Positions 38,508 to 52,284 of a stretch of 64,000 nucleotides of DNA are shown here, piece after piece. The notes beneath the pieces were generated by a model. That model made no database searches, was not told the origin of the DNA, and was given only the letters and a program-made list of their open reading frames with translations. Within the stretch, counting starts at the first letter, position 1. Each line of letters starts with the position of its first letter. This stretch comes from Eledone cirrhosa (lineage: Eukaryota): assembly GCA_964016885.1 (NCBI GenBank), contig OZ024742.1:346022001-346086000 (forward strand), given 5' to 3'. Both the position numbers and the translations under genes were made by a program.

Positions 38508-39433
38508 TGGCTGCCAACTCGTTTTCGAGTACGACCACTACTTTATATCCATGTAGGAGAACTCCTACCGATGCGCTGAACAAGTGTGACTTTTTAGTCC
38601 AGCCAGCGACTTGAAAACTCTGGTACAAACACTACACCTGTGACAATTATTGACACATAGTGCTGGGCCCATGGTACCATGTGACGACAAGTGCAGAGAG
38701 ATCTCCAGATATAAAGCAATGCCTGTGCAGTGAAGCTTTTATAGTGAGCAAAGGCACTGCACAAAGCCAGTCCCACTCTCTTAACCAAGATGATATATAT
38801 ATATATATACATACATACATATATACATGATGACTGCCAACTCGTTTTCGAGTACGGCCACTACTTTATATCCATGTAGGAGAACCCCTACCGATGCGCT
38901 GAACGAGTGTGAATTTTTAGTCCAGCCAGCGACTTGAAAACTCTGGTACAAACACTACACCTGTGACAATTATTGACACATAGTGCTGGGCCCATGGTAC
39001 CATGTGATGACAAGTGCAGAGAGATCTCCAGATATAAAGCAAAGCCTGTGCCGTGAAGCTTTTATAGTGAGCAAAGGCACTGCACAAAGCCAGTCCCACT
39101 CTCTTAACCAAGATGATATTTACCAAAAAGAAGAACAAGTCAACATCATTGGATACCATCAGGGTTGCAGGTGTTATATCAGAGTTTTCTTTCTCCTAGA
39201 ATTCTGCCTTGACAAAGGCTAAGGGGTCATCTCTCTCGGTGATTTTGGATGGCCATTGACTCTTAATAGCTCCTTTGCCCTTTGACAGGTTTTGTTTTTA
39301 GTCCTGCAGGATGTCCAAAGTCACCCTCCTCACCAAGAAACCTTGGTGGGCTTGCCAGTTTAGTCGCCAACGACCCGACCATGGGACAGGTTGTACTGGG
39401 ATACATGTTACCAGATGCACCAACTGGTGACCT

Positions 39434-39437
<4 letters not shown>
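38507..39437 (-). mobile_element. RTE-like LINE 5' UTR fragment with ~285-bp direct duplication (38507-38795 / 38829-39119)
   Basis: Minus strand has ctaggagaaagaaaactctgat, resembling the RTE 5' UTR motif ggagaaggaaaactctga (recalled, not searched); duplication seen directly. Confidence 0.6.
39355..39418 (-). ncRNA. HDV-like ribozyme candidate
   Basis: P1 AUCUG/CGGGU, P2 CCAGU/ACUGG, P3 ACC/GGU with L3 UGUCCCAU, then GG and CUAA before the P2 3' strand. Confidence 0.5.
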
Positions 39438-39506
<69 letters not shown>

Positions 39507-39692
39507 TTATATGCATATACATATGTACGTATGTGTTTTATTGAATATTAATATTAATGATAATATGTATATGTATATATGTGTATGTGCATATATATAT
39601 ATATACATATATACATATGTATGTGTGTGTGTATATATATGTGTACGTATGCATACTTACATTTATGTATCAGCTGTGCTAGGGCGAGAAAT

Positions 39693-39785
<93 letters not shown>

Positions 39786-39794
39786 TAATAAATG

Positions 39795-40050
39795 TGAAGA
39801 CCAAAATCCAAAGAGGGCTCGATAAGGATAAATATATATCAAATATATAAGAACCCTAGAGCAAACATTTATTATAATAACAGATTAAAGTTTAAGCAAA
39901 GAATCGCTGCTTTCACCCTTAACGGGTTCTTCTGAAACTAAAAAAAATCAATTTATGAACGCAGAAGTAAATATTTCGAAAAACGTTACAACCCAAGGAA
40001 AACAGGAAAACGTTTCTTTGGTTCCCGAAGCCGTTCCCTGGCAATGAACG
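39795..40050 (-). mobile_element. PLE terminal repeat, CAGAAGA family (hammerhead-like 39889-39939)
   Basis: Matches 4520-4663 and 5060-5240; here stem II is a perfect ACCC/GGGU. Confidence 0.75.
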
Positions 40051-40789
40051 AAAAAAAGCGAAGATAATATGTGGAGCGGTGAGAAGAAATACACGCAAAA
40101 TCAAAACCACGTTTATGGTATAAATGGAGTTATTAGACTAATATTCTATTTAGGAAACCGAATGATTCTCAGCTTCGGAATTAAGAATAACGTAAATAAA
40201 TTAGTAGGACGAAAATGACAGAGATTATTAAAATCATAAAACTAATAATAATTAAATATATACTTACACACATCTATATATGTACATACTCGTGCATACG
40301 CGAAAACATCCTCCATGCATCCATATACATGCACGTACACATTAAAACACGCACCCACATACATAAACCCGCGTGACACATGTACCCGCACACATACGAA
40401 CGTATACACCAAATACACATAAAAATATATGTGTGTGTATACATATAATTATATAAACGTATATAAATATACACACATAAATACGTATATAACGCACAGA
40501 CACACATACCTACAGGTAAATACTCATATGTTCACCAAACGTACGTATACCAAAACTCAAGGTACACATATACACACCTTACATACGTGCAAACACGCAT
40601 ACACGCATGCACACGCAAACACAAAATACACATATACACAGAACCATATACATATATACCAGTATATACAATATATACACCTATAACAAATACAAGCATA
40701 TATTCGTACGAGAAAGTATACGTACCTCCACAAAACATACGGGTAATGTATACTTACCTATACAAATAAGTATTGGTATAAACATAAAC

Positions 40790-41490
40790 TAGGCCTTGAC
40801 CTGTATGGAGAGGTTGAAGCCTTTAAAGAAGGCTGTGAGTTCTTTTCTAAACCTGCCGCAAGCGTGGGGACCGCACTTTGTCATGCTCAAAAGACCGCCA
40901 TCGCGGTACAAACCACCGCCCACATTAGGAAATTCTTCCTTGATAGAAAAAGAAGGAAAAGGCCGATAAGATCTGTAACCTCCGCCGAATCGATGGCGCT
41001 CATACTCACGTCGAATGGGGTACTATTAGATTTTTTTATCCAAATAGAGTCGTCGGCTTACGAGCATTGAGGATGACATCAACTTCGAAATCCTTAACCA
41101 CCGTGAGCGTTTTAGCGAAATTGATAGCTCTAAGAAGAAGTGGTAAAGTGATGGAGTAGTAGTAGTTATTGATGTCGATTTGGATAAAACAGCAATGTTC
41201 CTTGTTGCATTTGCCATTGAACCAATCAATCACCGCGAAAGAATTATTCCACAGTGCAAGAGGGTCAAGCTTCTAATTTCAGGTATAATTCTATCTAAGA
41301 TCCTTTTACTAAGACTACCTAAATCAGACTTCGTAGGGTTAATTAGCCAAATAGAAGGGTTGTGAGTGAAATTAGGTTTGTGATCCTTCAGGGTAAAGTG
41401 GGGAGAAATGCGGTCCAGAGGTTCACTCCGGTCCTGGATGTTGAGTTCAGAAACGGCTTGAACTCTGCCTTCGGGATCTTGAACATTTTC
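40790..41490 (-). pseudogene. PLE RT fragment of YRDDG type (Naiad-like)
   Basis: FTLKDHKPNF, LINPTKSDLG, VIDWF, FIQIDINNYY, FDVSMSAIDSAEVTDLIGLFLL, GLYRDGGL. Confidence 0.75.
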
Positions 41491-41714
41491 CTACTAACAA
41501 CTCTACTACCCTAAGTATTGAGTACTCTGGTGCGTTATGGTCCACATGGTTCCTTACCACACTTCCTTCGTTTTATATATATATATAAGCTTACCCCGGG
41601 TTCAATCGGGGGTAACCACAGTAAGTAAGCTACACAATACAAAGCAGAGTATAATATTTAATATAGAAAAGGCTTCTACAGGACAAGAACTGTTTCATTC
41701 GGAGGAAACCATCT

Positions 41715-41765
41715 GGCTTCCTGATGATTTCTCCCGAATGAAACAGTTCTACTCCTGTAGAAGCC
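41715..41765 (+). ncRNA. Type I hammerhead ribozyme, canonical core, GUA site (cleavage predicted after 41759)
   Basis: GGCUUC-CUGAUGA-U UUC uccc GAA U-GAA-ACAG uucuacuc CUGU-A/GAAGCC; inside palindrome ~41655-41780. Confidence 0.82.
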
Positions 41766-42479
41766 TTTTCTAAATTAAATATATATATATATATAAATAA
41801 AATTATATATATATATATATAATTAAATATATATATATATATTATTGTTCTGCCTCCCCATGCATTGAACCACATATTATTGTTCTGCATCCCCATGCAT
41901 TGAACCACAAAGTTACTAAGACAAAACCTATATATCTGCTGGCATAGATATGCATCTGTATATATATGTTAGTAGATATACTAATTCTTTATAATTATCT
42001 CCAAATTATTTTGTCGAGCCAAAATTGGCCAAAACTGCTACTATAGTTCATAGTAACAGTCCGGCTGCTGTCTTCTTAACAAACCACTCTTCACTGATTG
42101 ACCTCGATGTCACGTGATTGATTCTTTTGAATTTGCCACCGACGCAGTAGGCAGTGGTTTTTTCAATGGCTTGGAACTTAGTCCACGCTTTGCTTTTTTC
42201 CATCCACTGAATTATTTTTGTATAAGTTCCCTGTGTCCACGTATTGCCTGGAAACTTAGCTGAGAATAGACTTCTCTGATGACGAAAGGCTTCTCCGTAC
42301 GTTTCTTTGGAAACTATGTTTATTCCCTTTCAGAAACTAATTAGTTGGAGTGAAATTTTAGTAAGTAACATTAGTCCTTCAATAGTGATCTTCCAACTTT
42401 CATTGGAAGATCACTGATGAAGGACAAATTTTATTCATATGTAACCCATGTGCAACCACGCAGCGCTCCATTTTTCTCA

Positions 42480-42559
<80 letters not shown>

Positions 42560-42561
<2 letters not shown>

Positions 42562-42983
42562 AAAAGTATGACTCGGAGGGCAGAGCTCAAGCCGTTTCGA
42601 CGGCTATTTCTGGACTAAATTAGAATGTTTAGCCTGGTGAATCAGGCTAAAAATTCACCAGGCTAACAATTCTAATTTAGTCCAGAAATAGCCGTCGAAA
42701 CGGCTTGAGCTCTGCCGTCGGGGTCATACTTTTTCCTATTTCCCACTCTACTGCCCAAAGTATTGAGTACTCTGGTGCGTTATGGTCCATTTGATTCCTT
42801 ACCAAAATTCCTTTGTTTTATATATATATATATATATATATATTTTAGTCCAGAAATAGCCGTCGAAACGGCTTGAGCTCTACCGTCGGGGTCATACTTG
42901 TTCCTATTACCCACTCTACTACCCTAAATATTGAGTACTTTGGTGCCTTATGGTCCATCTGGTTCCTTACCACATTTCCTTCG

Positions 42984-42987
<4 letters not shown>
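42560..42987. mobile_element. Two more GAAACGGC-family copies (foldback 42560-42820; direct 42844-42987) in (TA)n
   Basis: Match to 27801-27885 and 28268-28430. Confidence 0.85.
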
Positions 42988-43052
<65 letters not shown>

Positions 43053-43105
43053 TACATATATACATATATACATATACATACATATATACATACATAGATA
43101 CACAT

Positions 43106-43152
<47 letters not shown>

Positions 43153-43251
43153 AATATATATATATGTATATATATATATATAATTATAAAACCTTTTACT
43201 CCCACACATTCGCAAAAAACTACACTCTTATACCCATATATGTATACACAT

Positions 43252-43316
<65 letters not shown>

Positions 43317-43768
43317 TACTTGGTATTTCGTCATATTATTATTGGTTTTAATACATTAAATCTATCATACTGCTGTCTTCGTTTCAATAAAAACTGTTAT
43401 TATAAGCTCTCCTCTTTCTCTCCACTTCACTTGGCTTTATATTCCATTACCATTCTATATACTTTTCTTTATATGTATATGTATATGTACACACATACAT
43501 ACACACATTTGTAGATATACATATATACCTATAAACACACATACTCACACATATATGTACAGATACATGCACAAACATATACATATATATATATGTATAA
43601 ACATATATATGTATATACACACGCACACACAGACATACGTGTATATGTGCGTATACATACACATACATACACAAACACACACTCACACGCATATATATAT
43701 ACCCGCACACATACACAAATCTCTATATATATATACATATATGAATATATATAAATACAAAAATAAAA

Positions 43769-43871
<103 letters not shown>

Positions 43872-43950
43872 GCATATACAATTTTATATATAGGTGTATA
43901 TATATATATGCATATATAACTACACACACACATATATATATATATATATG

Positions 43951-44015
<65 letters not shown>

Positions 44016-44049
44016 CAATGGGGTGGTGTATTACAACCCTATGTATGTA

Positions 44050-44925
44050 TGTGACTGCCCTCATTGGAACTTTACGCTAATTCTATAAAAGACATCAACG
44101 ATCTTTATTTTCTGTGTTTTTTTCCTTTTGTATTTCGCATTACTGTGTCTTTAATGTCTTGTCCTCATACCATCTAGTGGATTAGTTCTATTAGTATATA
44201 TAGGCTTACACGCACCAAACACATTCTTCTGTCCTACACCATCTTGATTTTGTGTGTTGTGTGCTGCCTACTTGGTTTGCGCATGCGTTATATCCCTGTA
44301 TGTGTGTGTGTGTATGTTTATTTATTTATTTATATGTGTATTTACTTATCACTCGCTGGTTGTTTGTTCTATATGTGTTTGTCTGATTTGTTTTGTTAGT
44401 TTTGTTCTTGTGTGTGTCTGTATGTCTTCATTTTGTCCTTCATTACTAGTTGTGATGTTACTATTCCACTCATGTTTTCTGTTTAATTTTGGTTGGAGTT
44501 CGTTTATGTTTGTCGCCTCTGTGATTTGTCTGAGCATTGCATCTTTTCTGTGTGTGGATATAATTTTTATCTCTATGTTCTCTAATGTGCTCCTATGTTC
44601 TATTGTGGCATGTTGGTGGAGTACTGATGAGTGTTTCCCATAGTGGAGTTCTCGCCAGTGTTCACTTATATTTTCTCCTATGCTACAGGCTGTCTCACCT
44701 ATGTATGTTGTGTTCTTATTCCTACACTGTCCTTCAGCACATCTTATGCTATATACTACGTTCCTAGTTTTGCAGTTAGTTTGTGGCATTAATTTGCAGG
44801 CTATGCATTTCCTATCGGTGCAGTTTTTTTTTAAACGAATATGTTCTACTAATTAGGGCTTTTAAGGGAATACCTAGTCTTTCAACTATCTTAATATTTA
44901 AGTTTTATTTCTCTAGAGCCCTTCT
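44050..44925 (-). mobile_element. PLE 3' fragment (GIY-YIG + 3' region)
   Basis: ORF 44349-44789: NCKTRNVVYSIRC..YIGETA..RQITEA..PKLNRKHEW; limits approximate. Confidence 0.85.
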
Positions 44926-45734
44926 AGTTCATTATATACATCGCTGGATTGTGAGAGTTGTTTTGAGAGATAAAAGTGTCAGCCATAGCTCCAACACCCC
45001 GCTAGTATACCACTGTTTGGTCTAGGGTTGTTTATTCGTTCAGCAGGAAACCACTTGTACCTGTAACTAGCCATCATATCTGGCTACTGTATCACTATTC
45101 GCCATCCGCAACACGTTCTCTAGCAGAACGGCTCTGCCGAGAAAAGTATTTTGTCTAGTCGTAATATTTCATGACTAACGTTCAACAATATCTATTCCCT
45201 ACTGTACAGACAGAACAAACACACAGAAAGACAGTGTATTCCATATATATATATTGTGGTATTGTCTCACATACATCTTACCAAAAGAGCAGCTCCCCAA
45301 CCTGTTGCACAACATGGCATTACAAGTGCATGCCAGAAGGTGGTCGATGAGGTACATGCAGTTGTCTGTTTGTTTTATGTTACTGCTTTTCGGCGTGCAT
45401 TTTCTGTTGTTACTATGTATATATATATATATATATATATAGTAGAGGAAGACGGTCTGATCGAACCTACATATGACGTCTGATAGTATACAGTTATATA
45501 ACTGCTATATATCAGTCAATATGACCAACACTCCGAAACGATCGTAAAACAATGATATGAATAGGTAAAATAACTCGACTTTATTGTTTTTATTTTCATT
45601 CTTAAATTAATATCTAATATCAGGCTTTGTATCTAAGAAATTAACTCAGCAGAACACGGAACCTATCTATGGATTTCACTGGATTACTCATCATCAGATT
45701 ACATTTAGTTCTATCTACGGTACGGACACTGTTG

Positions 45735-45997
45735 TTGTTGTTGGATCGCCGCGGTTTCCGACGGAAATGCATGCTCATGAAATTAACGTGTAGGTGGTTG
45801 AGCATTCTATAGATACATGCACCCATAATGGATATTCAGGGATATTCAGCAGCGAGACACTATGTTTGACAAGGCTAGTTCCTTAAATTACAGGTACAAC
45901 TAACCTTTGCGTGGTGAGTGGACTGGAGCAACGCACCGCCCAGCCAAGGAATCGAACTCTAGGCGTTACGATCGTGAGGTCAACACCGTAACCACTA
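45735..45997 (-). mobile_element. SINE family B
   Basis: ggaatcgaactc..taaccacta head; body like 345-665. Confidence 0.7.
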
Positions 45998-46011
45998 TAA
46001 GAATAAGAGTG

Positions 46012-46131
46012 AAAGGAAGAGAGAGGGGAGAGAGAAAGAGAGAGAACGAAGAGAGCGGGTGAGAGAGAAAGAGAGAGGGGAGAGAGAAAGAGAGAGAACG
46101 AAGAGAGCGGGTGAGAGAGAAAGAGAGAGAG

Positions 46132-46222
<91 letters not shown>

Positions 46223-46260
46223 GAGAAATTGTGATATATATATATATAGAGAGAGAGAGA
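46012..46260. repeat. (GA)n/(GAAA)n purine tract
   Basis: Read directly. Confidence 0.95.
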
Positions 46261-47190
46261 ATTCACAGGAATCAAAGTTATGTTCAAACCATTTATTAGC
46301 TTACAATTGTTTCATCCAAACCGAGGCTTGCGGTCTTCGGAGCATTATTTAATGTTTGTATACATTCATGTCCTCCTTTCCAACGCAAGAGACATACAGA
46401 TACATATGTATATATTGATGCACATTAACTCCCCTTAATCACACACATACCCTCCGGATAATAAAACGATGTAAATTCTCGCAACAGAAACAACCTGCTC
46501 TATAAAATTGGATTAAAGAACACTGAGCCGCAACAAGCTATAATAATTTAACTTAATACATCAAACATCCAATACGGAATCATCGTTAATTATGTGAAGG
46601 ACATATAAACTATATATTACGTTTCCTGAATTGTGAAAATGGTGGTGTATACAAAAACCATAACATAATTTTGCTTCTCATTTATACTATTTCTCTGCAC
46701 ACAAGCTTCTTTATCATACACTAAAAATACCTTACCACTACAACCTCCATAATACTCTTAATTACCCGCTTAAAGTGCTTGTATTGCATATAACACCCTG
46801 CCGCACAATAATCATATATAAATAAGACACACGTGAATGCCCCACGTGTAACTAATGCATACAATAACTACTATAACTGACTAACAAAATATCCTTTTGC
46901 ATTATCTACGTTAACTGCCGATGTTGTATTTTAATTTTAATTTTGCTTTGATTCTGTTTTAATATGATTTTAATTTTTGAATTTAAATTGCCATTCAGAA
47001 ATAATATAATATATGTCACCCCACTGTGCATAAATATATACATATGTATCTGTATGTCTCTTGCGTTGGAAAGGAGGTCATGAATGTATACAAACATTAA
47101 ATAATGCTCCGAAGTCCCCAAGCCTCGGTTTGGATGAAACAATTGTAAGCTAATAAATGGTTTGAACATAACTTTGATTCCTGTGAATTC
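46259..47190. mobile_element. Element with ~158-bp inverted arms (46259-46416 / 47033-47190), each with a hammerhead-like motif
   Basis: Arms are reverse complements; GCU-CCGAAG(A/U)-stem-GAAAC AAUU GUA/AGC at 47106-47150 (+) and 46299-46343 (-). Confidence 0.8.
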
Positions 47191-47351
47191 TATATAACTG
47201 CTCTGTAGAACAACTGATGTTATTACATTGAGCTATTTATCTTACTGGTAATAAGGTAGTAATAAATTACTGTCTTTCACTGTTTAGGGTTTAAAATATA
47301 TATAACTATAAAAAGTTTTAGTATATACATAACCATAAATAGTATCCTTAA

Positions 47352-47442
<91 letters not shown>

Positions 47443-47787
47443 TATATTTACAAGTATAGTCCGACCATATGCCAGTGTTGTTCAATGGCAAGTTAATAAA
47501 TTAACAAGACAGAACATATAAAATCAAGGGAGTACGGTCGGACTACGGACTATACTTTTTAATTACATGTAGGAACACATACTTTTATTATTATTCTCCC
47601 CAATGATAGAGAAACCTTTGGTCGTTTGAACGGCTGCTATTTTTAGCAGCATGGGATTGACCTGTCCATCTTGCTTTTTGTATTTGCACACGGTACCATA
47701 TCAAAATTGTTTCATCATTGATTTACTCTCATCCTGAGGCAGTTTGTAATTTGAACTCGAGAATTTTATATTCTACGAGAGAGAAAA

Positions 47788-47868
47788 GCCTTCTGACGAC
47801 GATCTCTTTCTCAATGGAAGTCCGCTTGGATTATCTATTTGTTTGGGATCTGAAACCGCGGTAAGGGC
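47788..47868 (+). ncRNA. Type I hammerhead ribozyme with extended stem II (cleavage predicted after 47863)
   Basis: GCCUU-CUGACGA-C GAUCUC [38 nt] GGGAUC U-GAAAC CGCG GUA/AGGGC. Confidence 0.8.
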
Positions 47869-47959
47869 ACATATAGTAAGTACAGTGAATTTTGGGGAAT
47901 TTATTTATTATATTTTTTAAGATATTTTCTGTGTTTACACTCCCTTGATTTTATATATA

Positions 47960-49095
<1,136 letters not shown>

Positions 49096-49359
49096 TAGTT
49101 TTATTTTATTTTTCCTTTCCTTCTTCCTTCTCCAGCCTCACTTTCATATAGATTGCATTTTTGTTTTTAAAATCCAAATTCAATAAACAGACCAGGATTT
49201 TTTCATTCTGAGGATTGAAAGCAAAATCTTTTGCTTTTAAGAAACCACTGGTAAATGGAATAATTGCCTTATGTTGTTTATTACATAACTATATATTTAT
49301 ATAGATATATATATAGAGAGAGAGAGAATGGAAACTTATGATTGTGATCTCTCAGTTTT

Positions 49360-49585
49360 CCCACCATTTATCGTAGCACATATCGTATCACACACATTTC
49401 ACACAATTTATATCATATATCGTATCACACACTTCCCACCATTTATCATAGCACATATCGTATCACACACTTCCCACCATTTATCATAGTACATATCGTA
49501 TCACACACTTCCAACCATTTATCTTATCATATATCGTATCACACACTTTCAACCATTCACCGTAGCGTATATCGTATCACGCACA
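49360..49585 (+). repeat. 38-bp minisatellite, ~6 copies
   Basis: cccaccatttatcatagcacatatcgtatcacacactt; period 38 at 49435/49473. Confidence 0.85.
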
Positions 49586-49669
49586 GTTTGATCGCTCTGA
49601 GCTAGTTCAGCGGTATCATATCTTGTGTGATATCGGTTTATCATGCCAACATACATACATACACACTGC

Positions 49670-50205
49670 ACACTAACAACAACAACAACAAAAGTAACAA
49701 GTATGACAGTCAAATAACAACAACAATAATATCAACAGCAACAGTACCACAATACCTCCACCACAACAACAACAGTACCAACACCACCACCACTAACACC
49801 ACCAGCACAACATCAACAACAACAACTGCAACACAACCACAACTATCACTACCATCATCACCACCACAACCACCACAATAACAACAACAGCAAAACAACC
49901 ACAACTGTCACCACCACCACCATCACCACAACAACAACAGCAACACCACCATAACCACCTCCACAACAACAACTACAACAACAACAACAACAGCAACACA
50001 ACCACAACTGTCACCACCATCACCACCACAACATCAACAATACCACCACCACAACATCAACAACAACAACAGCAACAACCACAACTGTCACCACCACCAC
50101 CACAACATCAACAACACAACCACAACTGTCACCACCATCACCACCAACACCACCACCATCACCACCACCACAACATCAACAACAACAGCAACACAACCAC
50201 AACTG
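49670..50205. repeat. (CAA)/(CAC) low-complexity tract
   Basis: Read directly. Confidence 0.9.
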
Positions 50206-50255
50206 GTTGGTGAAGGTAGATGAAATATATATATATATATATATGTGTGTGTGTA

Positions 50256-50298
<43 letters not shown>

Positions 50299-50299
50299 G

Positions 50300-50352
<53 letters not shown>

Positions 50353-50712
50353 GTTTACATATATACATATACGTGTTTTGCAACGGGTCACTTTGTGGCT
50401 CAATGAAAAGTTAATAAATTAAATAATCAGAGCTATATATCATAAAACATGTCTATAGAATCACAAGATAAAATATATGCCATTTCCTCTCCCAATTAGT
50501 ATAATTAACCATATAAAAAAATCGAATAGACCAGGCTATAAGAATAAGGCTTCTATGAAGAAATCTCCAACAAATAACCGAAACTAGCCCTTCGCGTCGG
50601 CTGCGACGGAATATTTATCGAATATTTCGACAGCGTAATCGCCCAGATATACAGTCAATTAAACAGAATTAGGTGTAAAATAAACTAGGAGAAAAGAGAA
50701 TACATTTATTTA

Positions 50713-50787
50713 CCTCGACCATGGTTTCGTCCGCATTTTGAGATTTCCAATAACTTCGGAAACTCGAGCACCGGACTCTTCAGGAGT
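50713..50787 (-). ncRNA. Type I hammerhead ribozyme with extended stem II, GUC site
   Basis: CUC-CUGAAGA-GUCCG..GAG UUUCC..GGAAA u CUC..CGGAC-GAAAC CAUG GUC/GAG. Confidence 0.8.
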
Positions 50788-50834
50788 TTGCTCAAATCTA
50801 GACAATAAATTTTCCAAAGTGATCGCGCCATCTT

Positions 50835-51553
50835 ATGCTACATATAGCATAAGATGTACTGAAGGACAATGTAGAGATAAAAATATAGTGTACATAGGTG
50901 AGACAGCTCGTAGTGTAGGGGAACGGATAAATGAACACTGGCGAGACCTTCAAGATAGTAAAGAATCATCTGTACTCTACCAACATGCTAAAATAGAACA
51001 TAAGGGTAAACTAGAGAACATAGAAATAAAAATAGAATCTACACACAGAAAAGACGCAATGTTTAGACAAATCACAGAGGCAATAAACATAAAAGAATTA
51101 CAACCAAAATTAAATAGAAAACATGAGTGGAACAGCAACAATACAACTTACAATTAAGGACAAAATGAAAACATACACGCACATAGAACAAACAACCAAC
51201 CTGTAACATGTAAATAAACAAATAAATAAACGAATATAAACACACACAGACACCCGGATGTGGCGCATGCGCAGACTGAGCACACAACACACACACAGAA
51301 ACAAGATGGCGTAGGACAGAACAAAGGAGAGACACAAAAAAAAAGAAAAGAATCCCCAGTCACTAAAGAGGTCACAGAATATGTGACGAAAGAACTTTGA
51401 CAATATATAAACAACCATCTGGTTGTGGAACCAACCAACCAACCGGAAATTTATAAATTCCTGAATTTATAAACTTATTATAATAAATTGAAGTGAAAGC
51501 AACTGGTGCGTGTGTTTCTTATTGGCAACATGACCCTCCCAAAGTATAACAAT
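50835..51553 (+). mobile_element. PLE 3' fragment (GIY-YIG + terminal repeat)
   Basis: YSIRCTEGQC..YIGETARS..PKLNRKHEW; ends tgaccctcccaaagtataacaat like 33840-33862. Confidence 0.88.
51359..51401 (+). ncRNA. Degenerate hammerhead (G5 to A) in the PLE terminal repeat
   Basis: GUCA-CUAAAGA-G-GUCACA gaaua UGUGAC-GAAA-GAAC-UU/UGAC. Confidence 0.6.
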
Positions 51554-51563
51554 ATATATATAT

Positions 51564-51649
<86 letters not shown>

Positions 51650-51661
51650 CAATATATATAT

Positions 51662-51750
<89 letters not shown>

Positions 51751-51861
51751 GAGAGAGAGATACTCGATCTTGCGTAAGAAGTAGTTCTATAATAATTAAA
51801 TTTAGAATTGATGCAATTGATTCACACAATTCTTTATAATTTCTTAACAATATTCTAATGA

Positions 51862-52042
51862 ATTGGCAGTATCGGTAGAGGGTTGGACGCCATGCTAACT
51901 AACAGAGTTACGTCCGTTTACGGTCTAAGTTCAAATCCCGTCGAGGTTAACTTTGCCTTTCATCCATACGGGGGTCGATAAAATAAAGTACCAGTAATGT
52001 ACTGGATAATTGCTGGCCTTGTGCCAAAAGTAGAAACAATAT
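51862..52042 (+). mobile_element. SINE family A
   Basis: Match to 2642-2833. Confidence 0.85.
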
Positions 52043-52284
52043 TTTAATGAATTATTTCTGATATTCCCGTAATTCTTAACGAGTGTGTAATATTTCATAA
52101 ATTTTAATTAACAGAATTAGATTGTCTATATATTAACTCCGCTTAGATTAATTTGTAATCTACAAGTAGTTTTACATATCCTTGAATTGCATGGGAACAA
52201 TGGCTCTGGTACAAGGACTTAAAACAAACCTTCTTCTTCTTGGCCCCCCTTATTCATGATTATATATATATATATATATATATA

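Noticed and set aside
42270-42430. CUGAUGA motifs at ~42276 and ~42415
   Set aside because: The first lacks an adjacent stem I; the second has no downstream GAAA and is part of a small palindrome
45445-45705. GAAAC-GAUC-GUA at ~45535 (+) and CUGAUGA..GAAAUC caua GAUA at ~45660-45700 (-)
   Set aside because: Possibly hammerhead remnants, but the first has no matching core or stem I and the second has poor stems I and II
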